Source: Takakia lepidozioides
Taxonomy: Eukaryota; Plantae; Bryophyta
Reading direction: 5' to 3'
Length of the DNA: 64,000 nucleotides
NCBI GenBank assembly: GCA_030704615.1
Contig: CM060731.1
Coordinates: forward strand, 37,448,001 to 37,512,000
Below are positions 1 to 13,013 of the stretch, one piece after another. Within the stretch, counting starts at the first letter, position 1; every line of letters begins with the position of its first letter. Both the position numbers and the translations under genes were made by a program. The notes below the pieces were generated by a model. The model worked only from the letters and a program-made list of their open reading frames with translations, had not been told where the DNA came from and did no database searches.

Positions 1-595
1 CTGGGGTTTGTGGGGTTGCTGCTATCTATGTTGATCTTCAGGCCAAAATGCAGGCGGCCTGGATGAAGATTCCATTGGGTGATTGTATTCAACTGGAGCA
101 TTAACCAACTCCTGCGAAAATGTATATAGTTTTTGGCCAAAGAAATTTCCCTCCCATGATTCATGGCAAGTGGTTGAACATATGCGGGTCCCCCACTGTG
201 CTGGGACCCTGACGCCTCTTGGGTTGTGACAACTGCAACAATATAGGCACAGTGGACTTCACTGTGGTAACTGCTGGGGTTGTTTTTGGCTGGTATGTCT
301 GTGTGAGGGTGCAGCTTTGGTGAAGTCATCCACAAGTGTCAGCCTACAGCTCTGGTTTGTCTGTCAATTCTTTGAGAAGGAATGTATCTGGCTGCTTGCA
401 TGGAGGACGGCAGCATCTTCTTATCTGCTGAAATTGGTCCAGCTCTTTCTTCATCTAATGGGATTGTTTGCCCTCCTCTTCCCCCACCTTACCCATGGAA
501 CTTGGTTCGAGGTGGGTGTTCCTTGAACTGAACCTTCTTCTGCATAAAGGCATGTACTTTCAGTTGTTGGGGAAGACCTGCTGTGACATAGCCAG

Positions 596-3545
596 CTAGT
601 TTTCAGGGAGTCCACCAACACTGAAGTGGTCAACAAGAATGTCTGCTTCCAGCATTTTCACCACAGTACCCATGGTGGGCCGTGAAGTGGCATCCTCTTG
701 GATGCATGAAAGCGAGATTTTAATGAGCTTCTGAGCCTGTTGGTTATCAAATTTTCCACCCAACTGCTCGTCCACAAGCTCCACCAAGTTAGCCTTCTGT
801 GCGAGCGAGGCCGCCCAAGCTGGGAGATAACATTTCGCAGGACTTAGACTCAAGTCAGTATTCTTTCTCCCACTGCATAGTTCTAGTAGCACCATTCCAT
901 AGCTATAGACGTCGCTCTTCTCAGTGATGGGTGCATTAAGTAGCCACTCAGGTGCAACATAACCTCGTGTACCCCTCATGTCGCTCATCACACAGCTCCG
1001 GTCTCTTTGCACTACCTTCGATAGTCCAAAATCCGACAGCTTTGCCGTAAGGTGCTCATCAAGAAGAATGTTTTCAGGCTTGATGTCACAATGGATGATT
1101 CGTCTGTTTGATCCCTCATGAAGATAGGCAATGCCTCTTGCAGTTGCCAGAGCTATGGAATAACGTGTTTTCCAGTCTAACAGTACAAAGGAGGCAGACT
1201 CGGGGTCATGTCCTGCTCCAAATAGGGATCTATCAAGTGAGCTCCTGGCCATATACTCATAGACCAATATCCGATGTTGCCCCTCCATACAGAAGCCGCG
1301 CAACTTGACTAGATTCACATGGTCGATGCTCCCAATGGTGGCCACCTCCGCTTGGAACTGCTTCTTCCCTTGCCCCTGACCTTGTTCTTTCACTTTTACG
1401 GCCACCCAAGATTTGTCGGGAAGAGTACCGTGGAATACTGAACCAAACCCACCAGCACCAAGTTTCTGACTAAAATTTTTGGTTGCAACTTGCAAATCCT
1501 TGTAATGGTACCTACGAGGTAAGCCTGGAAGGGTTTCCAAGAACTTCTCCTCTTCCCAGCCATGGAAATTCCGTTTCGATGATCTGTACCTGAACACAGC
1601 AAAGATGCCAACCAGCACTATAGCTGCTGCACCAATGCTTACACCGGCAGCAATCTTCCCTGATGAGTTCCTTTTGTCATTGGTTGGGATTGGTAGTGGA
1701 GCCCCTGTACCAGGGAACCCACCGGCTGAATCAGTCACTTTAAGAAAAATAAGCTGATTTGAGTCAGAGGTTTTCTGGATGCTCCTCACCTCTCCCTGAA
1801 TATGGAAGCAAAATGCCTTGTCAATATAGTAGAAGGTGGCGACACATGAGCAATTGTCCAAGCATACTTGCTTGCAATCTTCCAAGGACATATTGAGAGG
1901 GATTGAGTATTGATTGGAGACATAGTCATATCCAGATGACCCCATGTTCAGGAATCCCTGCGTGACTTTAACATAGTTGCTTTTGCACGTTACAGGTGGT
2001 GCTGGGGGAAGGCATCCTTGTGTAAGATCCGAAGAATTCACTGGTTGAAATGATGGCGGGCACCTGCAGTTATTGTCTGTGCTGCAAATGCCATAAGGGC
2101 CACAAAAGCTGGGATACATACAGTCTGTACTGAGGGCCACAAAGTTGGTTCTCCACTCCATTCCTTGATAGAGATAGGAAGTGCGGAGGTTGCTGTCAGA
2201 GGATAACATGATAGCAGTAGCAGACATAGCTGATGGAACTGGAGTCTGGTAGATGATGGACCCATCGCTTGCAAAAAGAGCGATGCCACCCATGTTGAGG
2301 CCTGCAAAACAGAAAGTCCCACAATTAGCCAACATCTTGACGTTTTTGTAGCTCATCGCCGAGATTGTGCAAAGAAAATGACTCAAGTCATGTCTTGCTG
2401 ATCCTCTTGAAGATCTGCCTCGAGCATACAGTACCACCTCCTTCAGCTCCTGAAGCGTATTGTTTCTAGGTAAGTTTCCTTGCAATATTGCCAGAAGTCA
2501 TTTTCTGAAGAGTGGGCTTTGCTTTTGCAATGTTCGCTTTTGCACTGAAGAGTTTTCCCTTGCACTATATAACACTGTCGTTCAGAACAAGCTGCTGAAG
2601 GGAGTTGCGCAATCGCGTGTACAGGACTGTACCTGCGTACGCCACCTTACTGAGGTCGCCTTGGGATATGCTCCAGTAGCACAAAGAATCGCTGCCATCT
2701 CCAAAGTTAAAATATAGACGCAGATCCCCATTTTCGAGCACCATGGAATAAATGTTTCCTGCGAAAGAACCCGTTGAATCTGGAGCTGTTATTTCCATGC
2801 CAGGCCTGGAAATGTACAAGCAGAGAGAGGAAGTCCTCGAGTTAGAGTTGGCCAGATTCGTCCAGTGCTCAGTGGACTCAAAAGCATTACAGATGCGATG
2901 GAATTTACACGAGGTAAGTGCAAGACATCAACCATACCTGAAGTGCTGTGTTGGCAAGAGGGCTAGGTTCGGATGATCGAAGCTTTGCCAGAGGGTGGTG
3001 TTCTGGGCATCAAGGAGCATTAAGTTGCCAGAAGTGGAAAGATTCATGCTTTGCACGCCCATCCCACCTGTGTTAGTATTCCATATCAATGTCGGATCTT
3101 GTTGCGTGCTCCAGACCAGTAGCTGGAGATCCCCGCTGTCCGAAAGCTTCAAAGTGTAGGTGCTGTTGGCATTGTTTATGGTGGCCATGAGCGATTTGTT
3201 GTAGTAATTGGCCACCCACAGCAGCTGCTGCTTCAGGGGCTGTTGCCTTAATGTGATTCTGCCGGGTCCACCTTCGAGTGACAAGATGAAGTCGCCTTGT
3301 TTTAGGACCTGTATTTGAGTCGCTGCGGCGGAGTCGGTGAGGTTGATGACAGCGCCCAGCCCAAGCCCCACATAGGATGGTAGTGCGCTCACGTTCACCG
3401 CTGTGCCGCAATCTACAAGGGTGCACAAGGTCATGACAAAGAACATGAGATTGCAGGGCCCTGGAATTCGACGAATCCGTCGCCGCACTGTTCTTGACCC
3501 ACAAAGTCTCGCCGAGAAGCATCTGCCTATATTCAAAAACTCCAT
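596..3545 (-). CDS. G-type (bulb) lectin S-domain receptor-like Ser/Thr kinase, SD2-like; exons 3545-2938, 2805-2633, 2301-596
   Basis: B-lectin motifs (LSDSGDLQL, SGNLMLLD..LWQSFDHP), EGF-like (C..PSFCGPYGIC), PAN (C...CL.NCSC), a TM helix, and a kinase domain with LGAGGFGSV, VAVK, HCDIKPEN, DFG, GTRGYVAPEW. Two GT-AG introns (2937-2806, 2632-2302) join the three ORF-track pieces in frame. The start could alternatively be a downstream ATG near 3446. Confidence 0.92.
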
Positions 3546-4559
3546 AGCTCAGACTGCGAACATTAGTTGAAAAACCGGATCTTATGGGACCTTACAGAGC
3601 AGCACTCCACCCCATGTCGACCGTTTAAAACTATGGAGGCTGTATCTGCGAGCGAGCCACGCAGATGACAGCAGCCCAATTAAGGTGCTGTGCATATGCT
3701 CCTCTCTTCTGTGTGTGAGAGAGAGAGAGAGAGAGAGCCAAGTCTGGATGAATCCCGAGGGACAATTGTTGAAGTGGAGGTGGATGCTAGAAAGAGGGAA
3801 GCGTGGAAAACTGTGGAGCGAGTCTTGGCACAGTAAAGCCCACAATGCAGGACGGCATCATCATCCGAGCCCACCAAAAGGTAGGTGCTCTGCATTTCAA
3901 AGGCTTGGGTCAGCTTACTCCATGCACGTCTAAAACCTGCAAGCTTGCACCAGCACCTCGATCAGATGATGTCCGTCGTCTCGTCAAAGAGCCTCCGCAT
4001 GCCATCCCCACTTGTAGCAAGAAGTCTCAGCCCACCTCACCGCCCACCTCACCGCCTTGGAGGGTTGACCTCTCTTTTAGCAAAAACTAGTCTCTACAAA
4101 TACTATAAATGGCGGCCGCTCTCACAAATCTACACTTCAACGTTCAAGAATTTATCACTGAAAAACCTCAAGTGCTTGTATCACTAGCTCCGGCCACACC
4201 TGGAGTTAACTCAATGTTAAAAGGAAGTTATAGAGATATATTTTCGCTCTGGATCCACACCTGCCGGTGGTAGCTAACATCAGAGACAAGTTGATGTTAC
4301 GAAAATGATAATTAACACTCAATGTTAAGTATTTATTTCATATACATTGAAATGACAGTGTTAAGCTATCACCACAGAAACAGGCCAAATAACATGGTAT
4401 GGAGGAGGTCGAAGGATGGCAGGATTGTACCATGTAGAGCCTGCGACTGTACCGTGTAGAGCATAGACAGAGTAGTAGAGCGAAGGTGATGCTATGCTAT
4501 CAAGCCTGTCTAGAGTCTAGAGCTTTGTTCATATAGGTACATCAAGAACCAACTCCACT

Positions 4560-4860
4560 TGACTGCTCTTGCTTAAGAACCCACTCAGCTACTTGCTTAC
4601 TGATCTCTCTATCTAGTAAGTACTTGGACCTTGACATGAAGGCTTGAATACAAGCTTTGGTCAGAAAGGGTTGCTTGAGAAGATCAAAATATGGTCAACT
4701 TGTAACTTTCAACCTAGACTCCACCCTACATACAGTTGGCATGCGGCAGTAGCTAACGGAACATGTAGAACATTCCAACCCCTCTTAAGTTAAGAGGCAT
4801 CTTTGAAAACATGTGTTGGTAGTTGAGGTCAACGAAGTGGTGAATATCGCAAAACCCATT
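4560..4860. mobile_element. Possible highly degraded Ty1/copia remnants in the intergenic region between the kinases
   Basis: Plus strand W..MKA*IQAL resembles the copia RT N-terminal W..AM..EI.AL; minus strand IFTTSL followed by a purine tract resembles the RNaseH end plus PPT. Very short and degenerate. Confidence 0.25.
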
Positions 4861-5501
4861 AGGGATAAAATTTATAAGTATACACAACTGTTGAAATATT
4901 TCAACATTTTCGATGAGGGCAAAAAAAAAAATAGATGAGGGATATGTACCAGGAACCTCAGATTCTCAAATATAAGAGGAATCTAAGTGGCAAGCGTCAC
5001 TGTGCGACACACTAAGCTTAACTTAGATAGATCTGGTCTGGCCCCGCCCATTTCGGTGGGCGCCCAAAGTATCCCACCTACTCTAAGCTCACTATGAGTC
5101 AATGCTCTAGGCTCTCCAGGAACATCAATTCCTCTTTAGTTTTGAGGGATGCAGTGTTCTGTACGCGTAGGAAATACACGCAGTCCACACAGAAGCAGAG
5201 ACTTATGAAACGCTGACTTAGATGCACTGCTGGGCCCCCTCCTGGTTGAGTTTACTCTTCGTTCGTGGACCCCCCAAAGCGAGAGATCTGCTACAAAACA
5301 GGATAGATCTCACTCCTGCTTGACTTCCATTGCTATGACAATTAGTTCGGGCTTTGCGGATTGAGAGAGAGAGAGGGAGAGAGTAGAGAGATCTCAGAGT
5401 GACTGGCTGTTGTAGGCAGACCCCGAGGCAGACAGTGATGGTCAGTGAGTACTATGACGCAAGGGGAATAATTACATACCTGGCTACTAGGCTTGGTAGC
5501 A

Positions 5502-8500
5502 ATGAACCCTGTTCTTTCTCCAGCTCTAAGTTTCATTATACATTTGAGCTTCTTGATATTTCTTGTTTGTGATTGTGCGATAGCTGCAGGCATATCGACG
5601 TCAAAAGATACCGCTGTACTAGGCGCGCGATGGAGCACTAGTGGTTCGGGGGAACAGAATGTGACCATTCTTCAATCTGCAAACGGCACATTTTCCTTGA
5701 ATCTTGTTCAGACTGAAGCTGAGACTGCTCCTGCAGGTTCCTCATCATGCGTAGTCACAGTGCAGCATGTTCCGTCGGGACTACAAGTGTGGGTGGCCAA
5801 TTTTTACAACACCAGTTATGCAGTCAGTACAGGCTCCACTCGGGTAAATTCTGCAATCTCGTTCAACAGACTCGAACTGCACGAGTTTCATGGCCCATTT
5901 AGTCTGGCATTGAACATGTGCTGATGAGTACTGAAGGTCTAGACAGCTCTTGAAAGTTATCTTGAGGTCTGCAAAGCCATGATCGAAATCAGTTGTATCT
6001 CGTTTTTCTGCTTCCACAGTGGGATGCCTTCATTTAGAAATGGGTTGGCCTGCTGCACCTTGCAAAATATGTATTTGACAGCAATTACTTTGAACTCATA
6101 GACGTTGATATGGGAGCTTTGATCAATCAGTAGTTCTAATAATTGGCGACTATATTGAACATTCCCATCTAATTTGGATTATCCACGAACAGAACTGCAC
6201 GCTCATGCTAGGAGAAGATGGCGATTTGGTGTTGATGGAGAGCCAGACGGTGATCTGGAGCAGCCACACAACAAGGTCCAAACTACTTGTGACAACCATG
6301 CACCTACAAGAGAGTGGGAACCTGGTTCTTCTCAACAATGGTAGCAAGAGCAATAACTCCATCTGGCAAAGCTTTGACTATCCAACAGACACGCTTATCA
6401 CGGGCCAGAAGCTGCAACTTCACAACCCAATGTACGCTGCGAAGAAAGACTGGCCCTACACTTCAGGTGGCATCTACTTCATGATGGTTACAAACTATTC
6501 AAATGATTTAGTGCTAATCGCAGACTTCAACAATCAGTCGAATTCAATTGGTGATTTGACGATGTTGGCAGAGTCACACTACAATCAATCGTCGGGTGCA
6601 GACCGCTACTGGACCATGATGACAGAGTTTGGGTCTATTGGAAATGCCTGGGTATGCTGCATAGCGAGCTATGCTGCGTTAAGCAATGGCCTCAGTGTAT
6701 ATGACCAGATTGACGAACAAACTGTTTCGGTCACGAGCAATAACCTCAACCCCAATCTCACATTTTTGGAGTATGCAAAGCTGAGCTCCGACGGCAACCT
6801 GGAAACATATGTGTTCCGAGGAGGCGGGTGGGAGCTCAACTTCCAAGCTCTTACGACATTGTGCGAGTATCCCGACAAGTGTGGTCCCTATGGCCTCTGT
6901 GGCGCAAGCTCTAGCTCCAGCAAGGCGGATCAGTGCAGCGGGTGTCCGCCAGGATTTCGCACTTTGAATGCTTCAGACTTGAGCCAGGGCTGTGAGGCCA
7001 TAGAGCCCTTGGCAGAGAGTTGCAGTGGTAGCGGCAGGGAGCTGGCAGCAGTGAAGCTCGTGAACTTGACAGAGTACACGTACTATTCCATACAAGAGTT
7101 CTACGGGTTTGGTACCTTGACGTTGATGTACCCCAGTGTGAATGTGGGCAGTGTGGATGAGTGCCAAGAGCTGTGCCGACAGAACTGCACCTGCGCTGCA
7201 GCGTTCTACACCAATGTCACATTCTATGGTCAGCTGTGTTTCAGTATGCCAAAAGGCCTTCGAACCATTCAGCAGGCGTCTTCTAATGCCACAGACGATC
7301 TGCTTTTCATCAAGGTCAAGAAAGGCTCTCCACTGGTGGCCCCTGCGCCTGCTCCAATTCCAATATCAAGTCCGGATCCAAGTCCCCAAGCGGGGCCCGG
7401 TCCAAGCCCAACATCTTCTCAACAAGCTCGTAGCACATCAAAATCTTCCAAAAGGATTATCATGATCGGCGCCATTGCTGGGGCTGCAGGGGCCTTTATC
7501 TGCGTACTGCTAGTTATGGTGGTGTGTTTTCTATACAGTGCGAAGAGACGCATTCGGGCTCAGACTGCGGAAGATGAGATGTTCCTTGATACCCTCCCAG
7601 GACTGCCCCCACGATTTTCTTATAAAGACCTGCTTCTTGCCACCAATAATTTCTCTAAGAAGCTCGGGGCTGGAGGGTTTGGCTCCGTCTACGAAGGTCT
7701 CCTTGCCCATCAAACCAAAGTTGCGGCGAAGCAATTGGAGGATATAGGACAAGGCACCAAGGAATTTCGTGCAGAGGTGGCCACAATTGGGAGCATCTCC
7801 CATGTGAATCTTGTCCCCCTCCGTGGTTTTTGCATGGAGGGGTATCATCGGCTTCTGGTTTATGAGTACATGCCCAATGGCTCCCTCGACAAGGCTCTCT
7901 TCAGTAGGGAAGTGGAGACTCCTCAGATGATGGACTGGAAAGTAAGAGCGGGAATAGCATTAGGTGCAGCCAGGGGTCTTGCATATCTGCATGAAGAATG
8001 CACTAGTCGTATCATTCACTGCGATGTCAAGCCAGAGAACATCCTCCTCGATCACCGCTTCGAGGCCAAAGTAGCAGATTTCGGTTTGGCAAAGCTCATG
8101 AGCAGAGACCAGAGCTATATGGTGACCAACATGCGAGGTACACGGGGATACATGGCTCCGGAGTGGCTTAAAGACACACCCATCACTGAGAAAGCTGACG
8201 TCTACAGTTTTGGGGTGGTACTTTTGGAGCTGGTAGGCGGCAGGCGGAACTTTGACATGGGCGCGGGAGATGAGAAATGCTTTCTTCCCACATGGGCATT
8301 CTTTCTGCTTGAGAAGGGAAAGAACATTCTGGAGATTGCTGATGCGCGGCTTTCTGGATTGACAGACGTTGAGCAGCTCTCATGCAGCAGAATGGTTTTG
8401 GTAGCACTCTGGTGCATCCAAGAGGATGTTTCTTTGAGGCCCACCATGGGGAAGGTGGTTCAAATGCTGGAGGGAGACGCTGTGATTCCAACCCCTCCTG

Positions 8501-8643
8501 TATCGCCCCACTTATTCAACGGAGTAATGGAGAAAGAGAATTCAGGGGCATCCATGAATTATGGCTTCGATTCTCGTCAAAAGACCGATTTTCTCATGTC
8601 ACAGGGGTCATGGGAGAGCTTAGCAATGATCTCAGGCAGGTGA
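5502..8643 (+). CDS. G-type lectin S-domain receptor-like kinase, SD2-like; exons 5502-5843, 6193-8643
   Basis: Signal peptide (MNPVLSPALSFIIHLSFLIFLVCDCA), B-lectin (GDLVL, SGNLVL, IWQSFDYPTDTL), EGF, PAN, Pro-rich linker, TM, and a kinase with HCDVKPEN, DFG, GTRGYMAPEW. Phase-0 intron 5844-6192 (GT...AG) joins the exons in frame. Confidence 0.94.
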
Positions 8644-9571
8644 TTCTCAGGCAGCAAAAATTAGGTCTACCTCTTTCTGCCTCTGCGCTTGCCAGTGCAA
8701 AAATGGCAACGTGTGTCCGGTAGCTTCCTGTATGTTATCTGGCCATTGTTGTGTCTCGTGACCAGCAGATCACGAACAATGTGCTCGTTATGTAGTCATT
8801 GCTCGTGACCTACAGTTGCTATACAGGAAGTCAAGCATGAAAGCATACCAGCCATAAGTAGTTTCTGTTGCCAATTCACATGCATGTGAGCAATACCGAG
8901 TCCGCCCCTAAAATCTCAAAACCTGCCTTCATTACTGAAACGATTTCTCACACAAACTGGTGGAATCAGAACTTGAATCCATGTAACTATGAAAGAGCCA
9001 ACCACGATGATAGAAATTCACGAAGAGAAGGGGACTGACGGAATATTGACGCGTTTTCAAAAAGTTAATCATTAAGAGAAGGTGCATCTATCTGTAGGTG
9101 GCAGAGTCACACTAAGAATCTGATATGGGCGGCTCCGATGTCCAGTTTTATCTTCTTCCCGGCTATGGAAACCTTGTTTCATACCAAGTATAAATAGCCC
9201 GCTCTCTAGAGACCATGTAATGACAAAACCAACGTGTTTGTTGCGAGAAGATGTCTATGAGGCACTCCAAGACAAAATAGGTGAGCCGGACAGGCTAATC
9301 TCCTCCCCTCGCCCACCCACGTGCTTTGCCTGTAATTTGTGCCCAACCGAGGCACTTCAGACCGCAAATTCTGAGCTGAAACGACATGAAGGGGATGGTG
9401 TGATGCAACTGTATGTAGTTGGAGCTGTCCCTGCACATGCTGGTCACTTTGGTCATTATGAATAAAGGTTCAAAGTCAAGGAAACTTCAAGGAAACTGTC
9501 CTCGAGAAGTCAAAAAACCCTCTCAGTTCACGAGATCAGTGTAGTACATGGTGCCCAACACAAGTTACAAA

Positions 9572-9880
9572 TGAGCTTGATCAAACGCCACTGCATGGCA
9601 TGGCACACGCCCGGGTGTCCATTGACCCATCGATTGATAGCCACGATGATCACCAGGTTAACAGATAATAGATTCCCTGTACCCAGAACAACATCACATC
9701 ACGGAAAGGAAAACATACTAAAGACAAAACTTCTGACCAGTGTAGTTGCTGATTCTTACAGATTTGTGCTCAAGACAGTAATTGAACAAGACAGACTCAG
9801 GGACTATAAAAAGGGGGGAACAAGGAAAACTCACCGCAAGCACAGTTAAGGGGCCAATGAGCTTGAGAGTGAGTCAGAAG
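9572..9880 (+). repeat. Dispersed repeat, copy 1 (copy 2 at 44199-44500)
   Basis: Shared blocks TGAGCTTGATCAAA, TTCCCTGTACCCAGAA, GGAAAACATACTAAA, GTTGCTGATTCTTACA. The middle block 9598-9656 is inverted relative to copy 2. Confidence 0.8.
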
Positions 9881-10706
9881 TGCAATCACTGCACACTGTA
9901 GCGTCCATGCTGGCCTCCAAGCAGTGTTCAGAATATCTAGGTGCCCAATAAAGTCTCTCTCCTGTCTGAACGGTAATCTTGATGGAAGGACGACTGAGTA
10001 ACTTAGTCTGCATGCATGCACTCGAAAAGCAATTTCGAGACGAACTTTTTCGATAACGGAAGGTCGTCAGTGGACAAACTGGTGCATGGACTGTGGACCC
10101 AAGCCCAAGCTGCTTCCTGGCATGCTCCCTTCCTGCCTCACAGACTTGGTCTAACTCCCACCTGTTTGGGCAGCCCAAAAAGTTTGCACATCGTTATCTG
10201 ATCTGATCTCATCTTGCCATTGCTATTGGCGGTTAGATTAAATTATGCCTCCCGCAGCTGTGCTGGACAACCTTGCTGACTGGGCAACAGTAATCCGCCA
10301 CCACAGAGGCATCCATCCACCTGGCCCACCCTACGGATGACAAATGGGCCACATGTGAAAGGGTTGCCAGTTTTGCAAAAGGGGGCGAAAATGGGAAGAC
10401 CGTTTTTGTAGCGGGCAGTATCCTGCTTGAGCACCGTTTTTTTTTTTTTTCTTCCCGACCTGACAAATGACTGAGCAACTTGTACAAAGGATTTAAAAAG
10501 AAAAAGGAATTATTGGGTGGTAAAATCCAAAAATTCGCGATAATGCGCCAGCGGTGGAATATCAGGTGCCTTATCGGGCAATCGTGGACTTGTTAAACGT
10601 GCCACGTGTCTCAGCATGCCTGTACTCTCGCTACACGGGCGAATACGCAGCTTCCCGCCAGCGACTTTTGAAAAATGAAGAAAAAACAATAAAACACTGC
10701 CGGCGA

Positions 10707-10769
10707 GGTAGCAGGATTTGAACTCAGAATCACCTGGGTGGCACTCAGCTCAAATCCAACTTAGCTACC
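10707..10769 (-). other. tRNA-derived Pol III promoter-like sequence (SINE head or tRNA pseudogene)
   Basis: Minus strand A box TAGCTAAGTTGG (10767-10756) and B box GAGTTCAAATCC (~10725-10714) at tRNA-like spacing, followed by T-rich tracts. No canonical cloverleaf or anticodon arm was resolved. Confidence 0.5.
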
Positions 10770-11937
10770 GACTGGTGGTGTATTTTTCGTTCATCATATA
10801 CTAACATCCAATATTCGTTGGTATGTATGGAAGAATGCTCCAGGTTCACATCCAACGACGTTCGTCGCCGTCGATGGCCGACAGTTTCTATCCTCGGGTG
10901 CAGGGGGGCGACCGGCCAAAGAGCCGGGCCCGGAGAGCGGAGCAGAGCAGGGCTGCCCGTTGGCCCGCAGCACTCTGCCCTTTCCACTCACGCCTCGGAC
11001 CCTTTCGCGCTGCACCCTTTCTCTCTCTCTCTCTTGTGTCCGCATGGCTGTCGTTGTGAAATTGCTGGTCCTACGTGTTTGCAAGTTGACGAGGCGCAAT
11101 CTGACTACTGCGCAAGCTGCCTAGCTACAATATCCGCCTGGAAAATTAGTTTGGACCTGAATACTTGTGTCGGTTGATTGTTCTGCGATCATCATTACAT
11201 TCGGTGTAGTTTGGCCTTTGGAGTCCTTTGGTTTCATCTGTCTGTCATATAATTCCTCAAGGAGTCTGCAAGGATTGACGTCCTACTAGCACATACCAGT
11301 CTTTCCTTTGCATTCCTGTTTCTATTTCAGACCGGTCTTTGTTTCTTTCTTTCTAGTGTTGGTTATGTGTCTGTATTTTCTGCTCCCGTTTTCTTTCGGT
11401 CCATTTATCTGTCTCCCAACTATTCAATACTTGCAATTTGTCGCTGGCCTCTCGGTTCTACACCTTCTTGTTGACTGTAAGCTACTCCTTGATCATTCTA
11501 TCAGTCTGTCTGCATTCCTTTGCTTCTTTCTTTCTATGTAATATTCCGCGTGAAGGGAATCCCAGTACTCTCGAGGGACGTGTTTTCTCATATTTTCACG
11601 GCCTCTCTTCTCTCCTGCTCTCTTTCTTCGTCTTTCGCGTTCCAGTCCGCTCCAGGCCTCTATCGTTGTGTGTCCAAGTCGTGTCCTGAAGTCAACAGTA
11701 TTCTATTACGTCTGCCATTTTGTGGTACTCTCTGCTGTCGTTCTTCTGTTCATCTCAATTGCATCTTGTGCCGCTTCAAACTCCTAATCCCATTTCACAC
11801 TAAAGATGTGATATTTCACTATGCTTTCTGTTGTGGAGACTATGACTAGTGACAGTGCGTTTCTGCTAGTACCAAACTCTTTCGGGCTCGGCTGCTGTAA
11901 TTAACGCAAGAAATCAAACAGTCTTACACCCGCATCA

Positions 11938-12818
11938 ATGTCAAATCTGCATTCAATGGCAGCTCTGGAATTGGGGCCTTTCCCTTGGAAGAGACGCACG
12001 AGTTCTCCGTGGAATGATCTTAGGGTTGACGCCCCAAGCATAGCAAGCTGCATGAAAAAGCTGAAGCGCATGCCGCATCTTTTTGCAAGGGTTTTGGAGC
12101 TCCCCTTTCGTGCCGACACGGCTGTTGAAGTGCAAGAGACGAGAGATTGCTTCATTTTTAAGGTTCGGCAGCCAGGATTGGTCTCCGAGGAAGTGAGGGC
12201 AGAGGTTATGGAAATTGTCCCCGGTGCGACCAAGGTTGTGATCGGGGGAGGTGAGCGGCTCGTTTCAGATCTGGAAGCCTTAGACGTGAGTAGTTTCTCT
12301 TTTGACTATCTTTCTCTCGTTTCTCCATTGTAAAAGGGTCCCTTTGTCTGTGGAGAGAGAGGGAGAGTGAGAGAGAGACTATGTTGCTGGAGGGGTTCAT
12401 GCGCGATTGCAAGCATTAATCGTGATGGTTTTGGGACCAGTGAACCGCCTCGCCGCGGACATTCACAAATCATCTTATGACATGGGTGCCTTACGTCATC
12501 GTGGTGGATTACTATGATTAGTGTGTTGAAATGGTTGAAAGTTTCAATGATACTGTACCGAATTATGCTAATTTCCCGAATTGGTGTGAACAGGTGGATT
12601 TGTGGCGCTTTCGGTTGCCCCCGTCAGCTCTTCCGGAAGGGTCAGTTGCGAGCTATGAGAATGAGGTGCTGAATGTTACGGTGCCCAAGCTTCCCGTGTC
12701 TTGTGGAGTCGAGGAGTCTATTCAGAAGACTGGAGGGGAGAGTGACGGGCTAAATACCGAAGGTGATGCAAGAGAAAGAGTTATTGAGGCCGCACATACA
12801 CAAGCAAAGATAATGTAG
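11938..12818 (+). CDS. HSP20-like (alpha-crystallin domain) protein of the plant KLKRxPHxFxRVLELPF family; exons 11938-12285, 12594-12818
   Basis: Motifs KKLKRMPHLFARVLELPFRADTAVEV, VMEIVPGATKVVI and DLWRFRLP...ASYENEVLNVTVPK. Phase-0 GT-AG intron 12286-12593. Confidence 0.85.
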
Positions 12819-13013
12819 AATGCGCTTAAGTAAGATCACACTTCATCATTGATAGAGAATGTAACAATCTGTCAATGGATTTAGCAGTTAAGCCCTGCCA
12901 TGCTTGATGGGTACAACGAAAAGCCACAGTCCTGTTTTCTGTCTTTTGGAGGCCTGAGGAACATTTAAGTTGATTGTTATGTCTACTGGTGGGTGGGTGT
13001 TTATTCCACCAGG

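Noticed and set aside
2302-2485. N-terminal extension of the 629-aa ORF (MQGNLPRN...)
   Set aside because: Falls within predicted intron 2 of the kinase gene; the spliced model restores the signal peptide and lectin domain.
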